Shown here piece by piece: positions 26,801 to 39,700 of a stretch of DNA of 64,000 bases. This DNA is from Eledone cirrhosa (taxonomy: Eukaryota). The position numbers were made by a program, and so were the translations under genes. The first letter of the stretch is position 1, and each line of letters begins with the position of its first letter. The DNA lies in NCBI GenBank assembly GCA_964016885.1, contig OZ024746.1:50282001-50346000 (forward strand), in the 5' to 3' direction. The notes under the pieces are model-generated. The model saw only the letters and a program-made list of their open reading frames with translations. It did not search any database and was not told where the DNA came from.

Positions 26801-29800
26801 TTGTATTTTTCAAAAATTTTTCAACGTGTCGAAACACGATGTATAAACGCATTTTTTTTAAAAAAAACATTTTTTCCAAATACTGTGTAAAATGATCAAT
26901 TTGTGCAAAACCGAAAAAAATCAATTTTAGAAATCAGAAGTAAATATTTCGAAAAGTATAAAAAAATTGATTATTTTAGGTTTTTCACAAAATGATCAAT
27001 TTGTGAAAAACCGAAAAAAAATCAATTTTAGAAATCAAAAGTAAATATTTCGAAATGTATAAAAAAATTGATTATTTTAGGTTTTTCACAAATTGATCAT
27101 TTTACACAGTATTTCGAAAAATTGTTTTTTTTCAAAAAAGATTGATTTTTTTTCTTTCGAAATGTATACTTTCTCATTTCGAAAATTGATATATATTTTG
27201 TAGTTTTCAAAAATTTTTCAACGAGTCGAGACAAAACGCATTTTTTTGAAAAAAAACATTTTTTCCAAATATTGTGTAAAGTGATCAATTTGTGAAAAAC
27301 CTAAAAAGATCAATTTTAGATATCAGAAGTAAATATTTCGAAATGTATAAAAAAATTGATTATTTTAGGTTTTTCACAAATTGATCATTTTACACAGTAT
27401 TTCGAAAAATTGTTTTTTTTCAAAAAAGATTGATTTTTTTTCTTTCGAAATGTATACTTTCTGATATCGAAAATTGATATATATTTTGTATTTTTCAAAA
27501 ATTTTTCAACGTGTCGAAACACGATGTATAAACGCATTTTTTTTAAAAAAAACATTTTTTCCAAATACTGTGTAAAATGATCAATTTGTGCAAAACCGAA
27601 AAAAATCAATTTTAGAAATCAGAAGTAAATATTTCGAAATGTATAAAAAATTGATTATTTTAGGTTTTTCACAAATTGATCATTTTACACAGTATTTCGA
27701 AAAATTGTTTTTTTTCAGAAAAGTTTGATTTATTTTCGATTTCGAAAATTGATATATATTTTGTATTTTTCAAAAATTTTTCAACGTGTCGAAACACAAT
27801 GTATAAACGCATTTTTTAAAAAAAAAACATTTTTCTAAATATTGTGTAAAGTGATCGATTTGTGAAAAACCCCAAAAAATCAATTTTAGATATCAGAAGT
27901 AAATATTTCGAAATATATAAAAAAATTGATTATTTTAGGTTTTTCACAAATTGATCATTTTACACAGTATTTCGAAAAATTGTTTTTTTACAAAAAAGTT
28001 TGATTTTTTTTCGATTTCGAAAATTGATATATATTTTGTACTTTTCAAAAATTTTTCAACGTGTCGAAACACAATGTAAAAACGCATATTTTTGAAAAAA
28101 AACATTTTTTCCAAATACTGTGTAAAATGGTCAATTTGTGAAAAACCGAAAAAAATCAATTTTAGAAATCAGAAGTAAATATTTTGAAATGTATAAAAAA
28201 ATTGATTATTTTAGGTTTTTCACAAATTGATCATTTTACACAGTATTTCGAAAAATTGTTTTTTTTCAAAAAAGTGATTTTTTTTCGATTTCGAAAATTG
28301 ATATGTATTTTGTATTTTTCAAAAATTTTTCAACGTGTCGAAACACGATGAATAAACGCATTATTTTGAAAAAAAACATTTTTTCCAAATATTGTGTAAA
28401 GTGATCAATTTGTGAAAAACCTAAAAATATCAATTTTAGATACCAGAACTAAATATTTCGAAATGTATAAAAAAATTGATTATTTTAGGTTTTTCACAAA
28501 TTGATCATTTTACACAGTATTTCGAAAAATTGTTTTTTTTCAAAAAAGATTGATTTTTTTTCTTTCGAAATGTATACTTTCTGATTTCGAAAATTGATAT
28601 ATATTTTGTATTTTTCAAAAGTTTTTCAACGTGTCGAGATACGATGAATAAACGCATTTTTTTGAAAAAAAACATTTTTTCCAAATACTTTGTAAAATGA
28701 TCGATTTGTGAAAAACCCCAAAAAATCAATTTTAGATATCAGAAGTAAATATTTCGAAATGTATAAAAAAATTGATTATTTTAGGTTTTTCACAAATTGA
28801 TCATTTTACACAGTATTTCGAAAAATTGTTTTTTTTCAAAAAAGTGATTTTTTTTCGATTTCGAAAATGGATATGTATTTTGTAAAATTGTTTTTTTTCA
28901 GAAAAGATTGATTTTTTTTCTTTCGAAATATATACTTTCTGATTTCGAAAATTGATATATATTTTGTATTTTTCAAAAATTTTTCAACGAGTCGAAACAC
29001 AATGTATAAACGCATTTTTTTTAAAAAAAACATTTTTTCCAAATATTGTGTGAAGTGATCAATTTGTGAAAAACCTAAAAATATCAATTTTAGATACCTG
29101 AACTAAATATTTCGAAATGTATAAAAAAATTGATTATTTTAGGTTTTTCACAAATTGATCATTTTACACAGTATTTCGAAAAATTGTTTTTTTTCAGAAA
29201 AGATTGATTTTTTTTTCTTTCGAAATATATACTTTCTGATTTCAAAAATTGATATATATTTTGTATTTTTCAAAAATTTTTCAACGTGTCGAAACACAAT
29301 GAATAAACGCATTTTTTTTTAAAAAAACATTTTTTCCAAATACTTTGTAAAATGATCGATTTGTGAAAAACCCCAAAAAATCAATTTTAGATATCAGAAG
29401 TAAATATTTCGAAATGTATAAAAAAATTGATTATTTTAGGTTTTTCACAAATTGATCATTTTACACAGTATTTCGAAAAATTGTTTTTTATCAAAAAAGT
29501 GATTTTTTTTCGATTTCGAAAATTGATATGTATTTTGTATTTTTCAAAAATTTTTCAACGTGTCGAAACACAACGTATAAACGCATTTTTTAAAAAAAAA
29601 ACATTTTTTCTAAATATTGTGTAAAGGTGAAAAACCTAAAAAAATCAATTTTAGATATCAGAAGTAAATATTTCGAAATGTATAAAAAAATTGATTATTT
29701 TAGGTTTTTCACAAATTGATCATTTTACACAGTATTTCGAAAAATTGTTTTTTTTCAAAAAAGATTGATTTTTTTTCTTTCGAAATGTATACTTTCTGAT

Positions 29801-30082
29801 TTCGAAAATTGATATATATTTTGTATTTTTCAAAAATTTTTCAACGTGTCGAGATACGATGAATAAACGCATTTTTTTGAAAAAAAACATCTTTTCCAAA
29901 TGCTTTGTAAAATGATCAATTTGTGAAAAACCGAAAAAAATCAATTTTAGAAATCAGAAGTAAATATTTCGAAATGTATAAAAAAATTGATTATTTTAGG
30001 TTTTTCACAAAATGATCAATTTGTGAAAAACCGAAAAAAATCAATTTTAGAAATCAGAAGTAAATATTTCGAAATGTATAAA

Positions 30083-30344
30083 AAAATTGATTATTTTAGG
30101 TTTTTCACAAATTGATCATTTTACACAGTATTTCGAAAAATTGTTTTTTTTCAAAAAAGATTGATTTTTTTTCTTTCGAAATGTATACTTTCTGATTTCG
30201 AAAATTGATATATATTTTGTATTTTTCAAAAATTTTTCAACGTGTCGAAACACGATGTATAAACGCATTTTTTTGAAAAAAAACATTTTTTCCAAATACT
30301 GTGTAAAATGATCAATTTGTGCAAAACCGAAAAAAATCAATTTT
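30083..30344. repeat. Representative satellite B monomer with 76-bp inverted arms (30083-30158 and 30269-30344), a 110-bp inner loop and a 33-bp outer spacer
   Basis: Left arm AAAATTGATTATTTTAGGTTTTTCACAAATTGATCATTTTACACAGTATTTCGAAAAATTGTTTTTTTTCAAAAAA matches the reverse complement of the right arm at 71/76 positions. 76+110+76+33 = 295. Confidence 0.95.
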
Positions 30345-30699
30345 AGAAATCAGAAGTAAATATTTCGAAATGTATAAAAAATTGATTATTTTAGGTTTTT
30401 CACAAATTGATCATTTTACACAGTATTTCGAAAAATTGTTTTTTTTCAAAAAAGATTGATTTTTTTTCTTTCGAAATGTATACTTTCTGATTTCGAAAAT
30501 TGATATATATTTTGTATTTTTCAAAAATTTTTCAACGTGTCGAGATACGATGAATAAACGCATTTTTTTGAAAAAAAACATCTTTTCCAAATACTTTGTA
30601 AAATGAACAATTTGTGAAAAACCGAAAAAAATCAATTTTAGAAATCAGAAGTAAATATTTCGAAATGTATAAAAAAATTGATTATTTTAGGTTTTTCAC

Positions 30700-30744
30700 A
30701 AAATGATCAATTTGTGAAAAAATTTTTCACAAATTGATCATTTT
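30700..30744. other. 45-bp perfect palindrome (22-bp arms, 1-nt centre) formed by loss of the outer spacer of satellite B
   Basis: AAAATGATCAATTTGTGAAAAA-A-TTTTTCACAAATTGATCATTTT. Sister copies lie at 25292-25336 and 48290-48334. Confidence 0.92.
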
Positions 30745-33700
30745 ACACAGTATTTCGAAAAATTGTTTTTTTTCAAAAAAGTGATTTTTTTTTCGATTTC
30801 GAAAATTGATATGTATTTTGTATTTTTCAAAAATTTTTCACGAAACACAACGTATAAACGCATTTTTTTAAAAAAAAACATTTTTTCTAAATATTGTGTA
30901 AAGGTGAAAAAACTAAAAAAATCAATTTTAGATATCAGAAGTAAATATTTCGAAATGTATAAAAAAATTTATTATTTTAGGTTTTTCACAAATTGATCAT
31001 TTTACACAGTATTTCGAAAAATTGTTTTTTTTCAAAAAAGATTGATTTTTTTTCTTTCGAAATGTATACTTTCTGATTTCGAAAATTGATATATATTTTG
31101 TATTTTTCAAAAATTTTTCAACGTGTCGAAACACAATGTAAAAACGCATATTTTTGAAAAAAAACATTTTTTCCAAATACTGTGTAAAATGATCAATTTG
31201 TGAAAAACCGAAAAAAATCAATTTTAGATATCAGAAGTAAATATTTTGAAATGTATAAAAATATTGATCATTTTACACAGTATCTCGAAAAATTGTTTTT
31301 TTCAAAAAAGATTGATTTTTTTTCTTTCGAAATATATTCTTTCTGATTTCGAAAATTGATATATATTTTGTATTTTTCAAAAATTTTGCGTGTCGAAACA
31401 CGATGTATAAACGCATTTTTTTGAAAAAAAAACTTTTTTTCTAAAAATGATCAATTTGTGAAAAACCGAAAAAAATCAATTTTAGAAATCAGAAGTAAAT
31501 ATTTCGAAATGTATAAAAAAATTGATTATTTTAGGTTTTTCACAAATTGATCATTTTACACAGTATTTCGAAAAATTGTTTTTTTTCAAAAAAGTTTGAT
31601 TTTTTTTCGATTTCGAAAATTGATATATATTTTGTATTTTTCAAAAATTTTTCAACGTGTCGAAACACGATGTATAAACGCATTTTTTAAAAAAAAAAAC
31701 ATTTTTTCTAAAAATGATCAATTTGTGAAAAACCGAAAAAAATCAATTTTAGAAATCAGGAGTAAATACTTCGAAAAGTATAAAAAAATTGATTATTTTA
31801 GGTTTTTCACAAATTGATCATTTTACACAGTATTTCGAAAAATTGTTTTTTTTCAAAAAAGATTGATTTTTTTTCTTTCGAAATATATACTTTCTGATTT
31901 CGAAAATTGATATATATTTTGTATTTTTCAAAAATTTTTCAACGTGTCGAAACACAATGTATAAACGCATTTTTTTTTAAAAAAAATTTTTTGTAAATAT
32001 TGTGTAAAGTGATCGATTTGTGAAAAACCTAAAAAAATCAATTTTAGATATCAGAAGTAAATATTTCGAAATGTATAAAAAAATTGATTATTTTAGGTTT
32101 TTCACAAATTGATCATTTTACACAGTATTTCGAAAAATTGTTTTTTTTCAAAAAAGTGATTTTTTTTCGATTTCGAAAATTGATATGTATTTTGTATTTT
32201 TCAAAAATTTTTCAACGTGTCTAAACACCATGAATAAACGCATTTTTTTGAAAAAAAACATTTTTTCCAAATATTGCGTAAAGTGATCAATTTATGAAAA
32301 ACCTAAAAAAATCAATTTTAGATACCAGAAGTAAATATTTCGAAATGTATAAAAAAATTGATTATTTTAGGTTTTTCACAAATTGATCATTTTACACAGT
32401 ATTTCGAAAAATTGTTTTTTTTCAAAAAAGTGATTTTTTTTCGATTTCGAAAATTGATATGTATTTTGTATTTTTCAAAAATTTTTCAACGTGTCTAAAC
32501 ACGATGAATAAACGCATTTTTTTGAAAAAAAACATTTTTTCCAAATATTGCGTAAAGTGATCAATTTATGAAAAACCTAAAAAAATCAATTTTAGATACC
32601 AGAAGTAAATATTTCGAAATGTATAAAAAAATTGATTATTTTAGGTTTTTCACAAATTGATCATTTTACACAGTATTTCGAAAAATTGTTTTTATTCAAA
32701 AAAGATTGATTTTTTTTCTTTCGAAATATATACTTTCTGATTTCGAAAATTGATATATATTTTGTATTTTTCAAAAATTTTTCAACGTGTCGAAACACGA
32801 TGTATAAACGCATTTTTTTAAAAAAAACATTTTTTCCAAATACTGTGTAAAATGATCAATTTGTGCAAAACCGAAAAAAATCAATTTTAGAAATCAGAAG
32901 TAAATATTTCGAAAAGTATAAAAAAATTGATTATTTTAGGTTTTTCACAAAATGATCAATTTGTGAAAAACCGAAAAAAATCAATTTTAGAAATCAAAAG
33001 TAAATATTTCGAAATGTATAAAAAAATTGATTATTTTAGGTTTTTCACAAATTGATCATTTTACACAGTATTTCGAAAAATTGTTTTTTTTCAAAAAAGA
33101 TTGATTTTTTTTCTTTCGAAATGTATACTTTCTCATTTCGAAAATTGATATATATTTTGTAGTTTTCAAAAATTTTTCAACGAGTCGAGACAAAACGCAT
33201 TTTTTTGAAAAAAAACATTTTTTCCAAATATTGTGTAAAGTGATCAATTTGTGAAAAACCTAAAAAGATCAATTTTAGATATCAGAAGTAAATATTTCGA
33301 AATGTATAAAAAAATTGATTATTTTAGGTTTTTCACAAATTGATCATTTTACACAGTATTTCGAAAAATTGTTTTTTTTCAAAAAAGATTGATTTTTTTT
33401 CTTTCGAAATGTATACTTTCTGATATCGAAAATTGATATATATTTTGTATTTTTCAAAAATTTTTCAACGTGTCGAAACACGATGTATAAACGCATTTTT
33501 TTTAAAAAAAACATTTTTTCCAAATACTGTGTAAAATGATCAATTTGTGCAAAACCGAAAAAAATCAATTTTAGAAATCAGAAGTAAATATTTCGAAATG
33601 TATAAAAAATTGATTATTTTAGGTTTTTCACAAATTGATCATTTTACACAGTATTTCGAAAAATTGTTTTTTTTCAGAAAAGTTTGATTTATTTTCGATT

Positions 33701-36700
33701 TCGAAAATTGATATATATTTTGTATTTTTCAAAAATTTTTCAACGTGTCGAAACACAATGTATAAACGCATTTTTTAAAAAAAAAACATTTTTCTAAATA
33801 TTGTGTAAAGTGATCGATTTGTGAAAAACCCCAAAAAATCAATTTTAGATATCAGAAGTAAATATTTCGAAATGTATAAAAAAATTGATTATTTTAGGTT
33901 TTTCACAAATTGATCATTTTACACAGTATTTCGAAAAATTGTTTTTTTTCAAAAAAGTGATTTTTTTTCGATTTCGAAAATTGATATGTATTTTGTATTT
34001 TTCAAAAATTTTTCAACGTGTCGAAACACGATGAATAAACGCATTATTTTGAAAAAAAACATTTTTTCCAAATATTGTGTAAAGTGATCAATTTGTGAAA
34101 AACCTAAAAATATCAATTTTAGATACCAGAACTAAATATTTCGAAATGTATAAAAAAATTGATTATTTTAGGTTTTTCACAAATTGATCATTTTACACAG
34201 TATTTCGAAAAATTGTTTTTTTTCAAAAAAGATTGATTTTTTTTCTTTCGAAATGTATACTTTCTGATTTCGAAAATTGATATATATTTTGTATTTTTCA
34301 AAAGTTTTTCAACGTGTCGAGATACGATGAATAAACGCATTTTTTTGAAAAAAAACATTTTTTCCAAATACTTTGTAAAATGATCGATTTGTGAAAAACC
34401 CCAAAAAATCAATTTTAGATATCAGAAGTAAATATTTCGAAATGTATAAAAAAATTGATTATTTTAGGTTTTTCACAAATTGATCATTTTACACAGTATT
34501 TCGAAAAATTGTTTTTTTTTCAAAAAAGTGATTTTTTTTCGATTTCGAAAATGGATATGTATTTTGTAAAATTGTTTTTTTTCAGAAAAGATTGATTTTT
34601 TTTCTTTCGAAATATATACTTTCTGATTTCGAAAATTGATATATATTTTGTATTTTTCAAAAATTTTTCAACGAGTCGAAACACAATGTATAAACGCATT
34701 TTTTTTAAAAAAAACATTTTTTCCAAATATTGTGTGAAGTGATCAATTTGTGAAAAACCTAAAAATATCAATTTTAGATACCAGAACTAAATATTTCGAA
34801 ATGTATAAAAAAATTGATTATTTTAGGTTTTTCACAAATTGATCATTTTACACAGTATTTCGAAAAATTGTTTTTTTTCAGAAAAGATTGATTTTTTTTC
34901 TTTCGAAATATATACTTTCTGATTTCAAAAATTGATATATATTTTGTATTTTTCAAAAATTTTTCAACGTGTCGAAACACAATGAATAAACGCATTTTTT
35001 TTATAAAAAACATTTTTTCCAAATACTTTGTAAAATGATCGATTTGTGAAAAACCCCAAAAAATCAATTTTAGATATCAGAAGTAAATATTTCGAAATGT
35101 ATAAAAAAATTGATTATTTTAGGTTTTTCACAAATTGATCATTTTACACAGTATTTCGAAAAATTGTTTTTTTTCAAAAAAGTGATTTTTTTTCGATTTC
35201 GAAAATTGATATGTATTTTGTATTTTTCAAAAATTTTTCAACGTGTCGAAACACAACGTATAAACGCATTTTTTAAAAAAAAAACATTTTTTCTAAATAT
35301 TGTGTAAAGGTGAAAAACCTAAAAAAATCAATTTTAGATATCAGAAGTAAATATTTCGAAATGTATAAAAAAATTGATTATTTTAGGTTTTTCACAAATT
35401 GATCATTTTACACAGTATTTCGAAAAATTGTTTTTTTTCAAAAAAGTTTGATTTTTTTTCGATTTCGAAAATTGATATATATTTTGTATTTTTCAAAAAT
35501 TTTTCAACGTGTCGAAACACAATGTAAAAACGCATATTTTTGAAAAAAAACATTTTTTCCAAATACTGTGTAAAATAATCAATTTGTGAAAAACCGAAAA
35601 AAATCAATTTTAGAAATCAGAAGTAAATATTTTGAAATGTATAAAAAAATTGATTATTTTAGGTTTTTCACAAATTGATCATTTTACACAGTATTTCGAA
35701 AAATTGTTTTTTTTCAAAAAAGATTGATTTTTTTTTCTTTCGAAATGTATACTTTCTGATATCGAAAATTGAAATATATTTTGTATTTTTCAAAAATTTT
35801 TCAACGTGTCGAGATACGATGAATAAACGCATTTTTTTGAAAAAAAACATTTTTTCCAAATACTTTGTAAAATGATCGATTTGTGAAAAACCCCAAAAAA
35901 TCAATTTTAGATATCAGAAGTAAATATTTCGAAATGTATAAAAAAATTGATTATTTTAGGTTTTTCACAAATTGATCATTTTACACAGTATTTCGAAAAA
36001 TTGTTTTTTTTCAGAAAAGATTGATTTTTTTTCTTTCGAAATATATAATTTCTGATTTCGAAAATTGATATATATTTTGTATTTTTCAAAAATTTTTCAA
36101 CGTGTCGAAACAGAATGTATAAACGCATTTTTTTTAAAAAAAACATTTTTTCTAAATATTGTGTAAAGTGATCGATTTGTGAAAAACCTAAAAAAATCAA
36201 TTTTAGATATCAGAAGTAAATATTTCGAAATGTATAAAAAAATTGATTATTTTAGGTTTTTTCACACATTGATCATTTTACACAGTATTTCGAAAAATTG
36301 TTTTTTTTCAAAAAAGTGATTTTTTTTCGATTTCCAAAATTGATATGTACTTTGTATTTTTCAAAAATTTTTCAACGTGTCGAAACACGATGAATAAACG
36401 CATTTTTTTTAAAAAAAACATTTTTTCCAAATACTTTGTAAAATGATCGATTTGTGAAAAACCCCAAAAAATCAATTTTAGATATCAGAAGTAAATATTT
36501 CGATATGTATAAAAAAATTGATTATTTTAGGTTTTTCACAAATTGATCATTTTACACAGTATTTCGAAAAATTGTTTTTTTTCAAAAAAGTGATTTTTTT
36601 TCATTTTCGAAAATTGATATGTATTTTGTATTTTTCAAAAATTTTTCAACGTGTCGAAACACAACGTATAAACGCATTTTTTAAAAAAAAAACATTTTTT

Positions 36701-39700
36701 CTAAATATTGTGTAAAGGTGAAAAACCTAAAAAAATCAATTTTAGATATCAGAAGTAAATATTTCGAAATGTATAAAAAAATTGATTATTTTAGGTTTTT
36801 CACAAATTGATCATTTTACACAGTATTTCGAAAAATTGTTTTTTTTCAAAAAAGTTTGATTTTTTTTCGATTTCGAAAATTGATATATATTTTGTATTTT
36901 TCAAAAATTTTTCAACGTGTCGAAACACAATGTAAAAACGCATATTTTTGAAAAAAAACATTTTTTCCAAATACTGTGTAAAATGATCAATTTGTGAAAA
37001 ACCGAAAAAAATCAATTTTAGAAATCAGAAGTAAATATTTTGAAATGTATAAAAAAATTGATTATTTTAGGTTTTTCACAGATCGATCATTTTACACAGT
37101 ATTTCGAAAAATTGTTTTTTTTCAAAAAAGATTGATTTTTTTTCTTTCGAAATGTATACTTTCTGATTTCGCATTTTACACAGTATTTCGAAAAATTGTT
37201 TTTTTTCAAAAAAGTGATTTTGAAAAAAAACATTTTTTCCAAATACTGTGTAAAATGATCAATATATGAAAAACCGAAAAAAATCAATTTTAGAAATCAG
37301 AAGTAAATATTTCTAAATGTATAAAAAATTGATTATTTTAGGTTTTTCACAAATTGATCATTTTACACAGTATTTCGAAAAATTGTTTTTTTTCAGAAAA
37401 GTTTGATTTATTTTCGATTTCGAAAATTGATATATATTATGTATTTTTCAAAAATTTTTCAACGTGTCGAAACACGATGTATAAACGCATTATTTTGAAA
37501 AAAAAATTTTTTCCAAATACTGTGTAAAATGATCAATTAGTGAAAAACCGAAAAAAATCAATTTTAGAAATCAGAAGTAAATATTTCGAAATGTATAAAA
37601 AAATTGATTATTTTAGGTTTTTCACAAATTGATCATTTTACACAGTATTTCGAAAAATTGTTTTTTTACAAAAAAGATTGATTTTTTTTCTTTCGAAATG
37701 TATACTTTCTGATTTCCAAAATTGATATATATTTTGTATTTTTCAAAAATTTTTCAACGTGTCGAGATACGATGAATAAACGCATTTTTTTGAAAAAAAA
37801 CATCTTTTCCAAATACTTTGTAAAATGATCAATTTGTGAAAAATCGAAAAAAATCAATTTTAGAAATCAGAAGTAAATATTTCGAAATGTATAAAAAAAT
37901 TGATTATTTTAGGTTTTTCACAAATTGATCATTTTACAATTTGTGAAAAACCTAAAAAAATCAATTTTAGAAATCAGAAGTAAATATTTCGAAATGTATA
38001 AAAAATTGATTATTTTAGGTTTTTCACAAATTGATCATTTAACACAGTATTTCGAAAAATTGTTTTTTTTCAGAAAAGTTTGATTTATTTTCGATTTCGA
38101 AAATTGATATATATTTTGTATTTTTCAAAAATTTTTCAACGTGTCGAAACACAATGTATAAACGCATTTTTTTGAAAAAAAACATTTTATCCAAATATTG
38201 TGTAAAGTGATCAATTTATGAAAAACCTAAAAAAATCAATTTTAGATACCAGAAGTAAATATTTCGAAATGTATAAAAAAATTGATTATTTTAGGTTTTT
38301 CACAAATTGATCATTTTACACAGTATTTCGAAAAATTGTTTTTTTTCAAAAAAGTGATTTTTTTTCGATTTCGAAAATTGATATGTATTTTGTATTTTTC
38401 AATAATTGTTCAACGTGTCGAAACACGATGTATAAACGCATTTTTTTGAAAAAAAAACATTTTTTCTAAAAATGATCAATTTGTGAAAAACCGAAAAAAA
38501 TCAATTTTAGAAATCAGAAGTAAATATTTCGAAATGTATAAAAAAATTGATTATTTTAGGTTTTTCACAAATTGATCATTTTACAATTTGTGAAAAACCG
38601 AAAAAAATCAATTTTAGAAATCAGAAGTAAATATTTCGAAATGTATAAAAAATTGATTATTTTAGGTTTTTCACAAATTGATCATTTTACACAGTATTTC
38701 GAAAAATTGTTTTTTTTCAGAAAAGTTTGATTTATTTTCGATTTCGAAAATTGATATATATTTTGTATTTTTCAAAAATTTTTCAACGTGTCGAAACACA
38801 ATGTAAAAACGCATATTTTTGAAAAAAAACATTTTTTCCAAATACTGTGTAAAATGATCAATTTGTGAAAAACCGAAAAAAATCAATTTTAGAAATCAGA
38901 AGTAAATATTTTGAAATGTATAAAAATATTGATCATTTTACACAGTATCTCGAAAAATTGTATTTTTCAAAAAAGATTGATTTTTTTTCTTTCGAAATAT
39001 ATTCTTTCTGATTTCGAAAATTGATATATATTTTGTATTTTTCAAAAATTTTGCGTGTCGAAACACGATGTATAAACGCATTTTTTTGAAAAAAAAACAT
39101 TTTTTCTAAAAATGATCAATTTGTGAAAAACCGAAAAAAATCAATTTTAGAAATCAGAAGTAAATATTTCGAAATGTATAAAAAAATTGATTATTTTAGG
39201 TTTTTCACAAATTGATCATTTTACACAGTATTTCGAAAAATTGTTTTTTTTCAAAAAAGATTGATTTTTTTTTTCTTTCGAAATGTATACTTTCTGATTT
39301 CGAAAATTGATATATATTTTGTATTTTTCAAAAATTTTTCAACGTGTCGAGATACGATGAATAAACGCATTTTTTTGAAAAAAAACATTTTTTCTAAATA
39401 CTGTGTAACGTGATCAATTTGTGAAAAACCTAAAAAAATCAATTTTAGATACCAGAAGTAAATATTTCGAAATGTATAAAAAAATTGATTATTTTAGGTT
39501 TTTCACAAATTGATTATTTTACACAGTATTTCGAAAAATTGTTTTTTTTCAAAAAAGATTGATTTTTTTCTTTCGAAATATATACTTTCTGATTTCGAAA
39601 ATTGATATATATTTTGTATTTTTCAAAAATTTTTCAACGTGTCAAAACACGACGTATAAACGCATTTTTTTGAAAAAAAACACTTTTTCCAAATATTGTA

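Larger units (their letters stand above)
25500..35390. repeat. ~5.7-6.0-kb-offset block duplication within satellite B (~25.5-29.7 kb vs ~31.2-35.4 kb)
   Basis: Matching rare variants have offsets 27097 to 33056 and 27385 to 33344 (5959), and 28505 to 34188 and 29427 to 35110 (5683). The 276-bp change equals one monomer lost. Block ends are approximate. Confidence 0.85.

Noticed and set aside
30083-30344. Calling B a bona fide MITE or integron attC-like cassette array
   Set aside because: There is no target-site duplication, transposase or integrase, and no variable cargo between the arms. It is kept only as an origin hypothesis.
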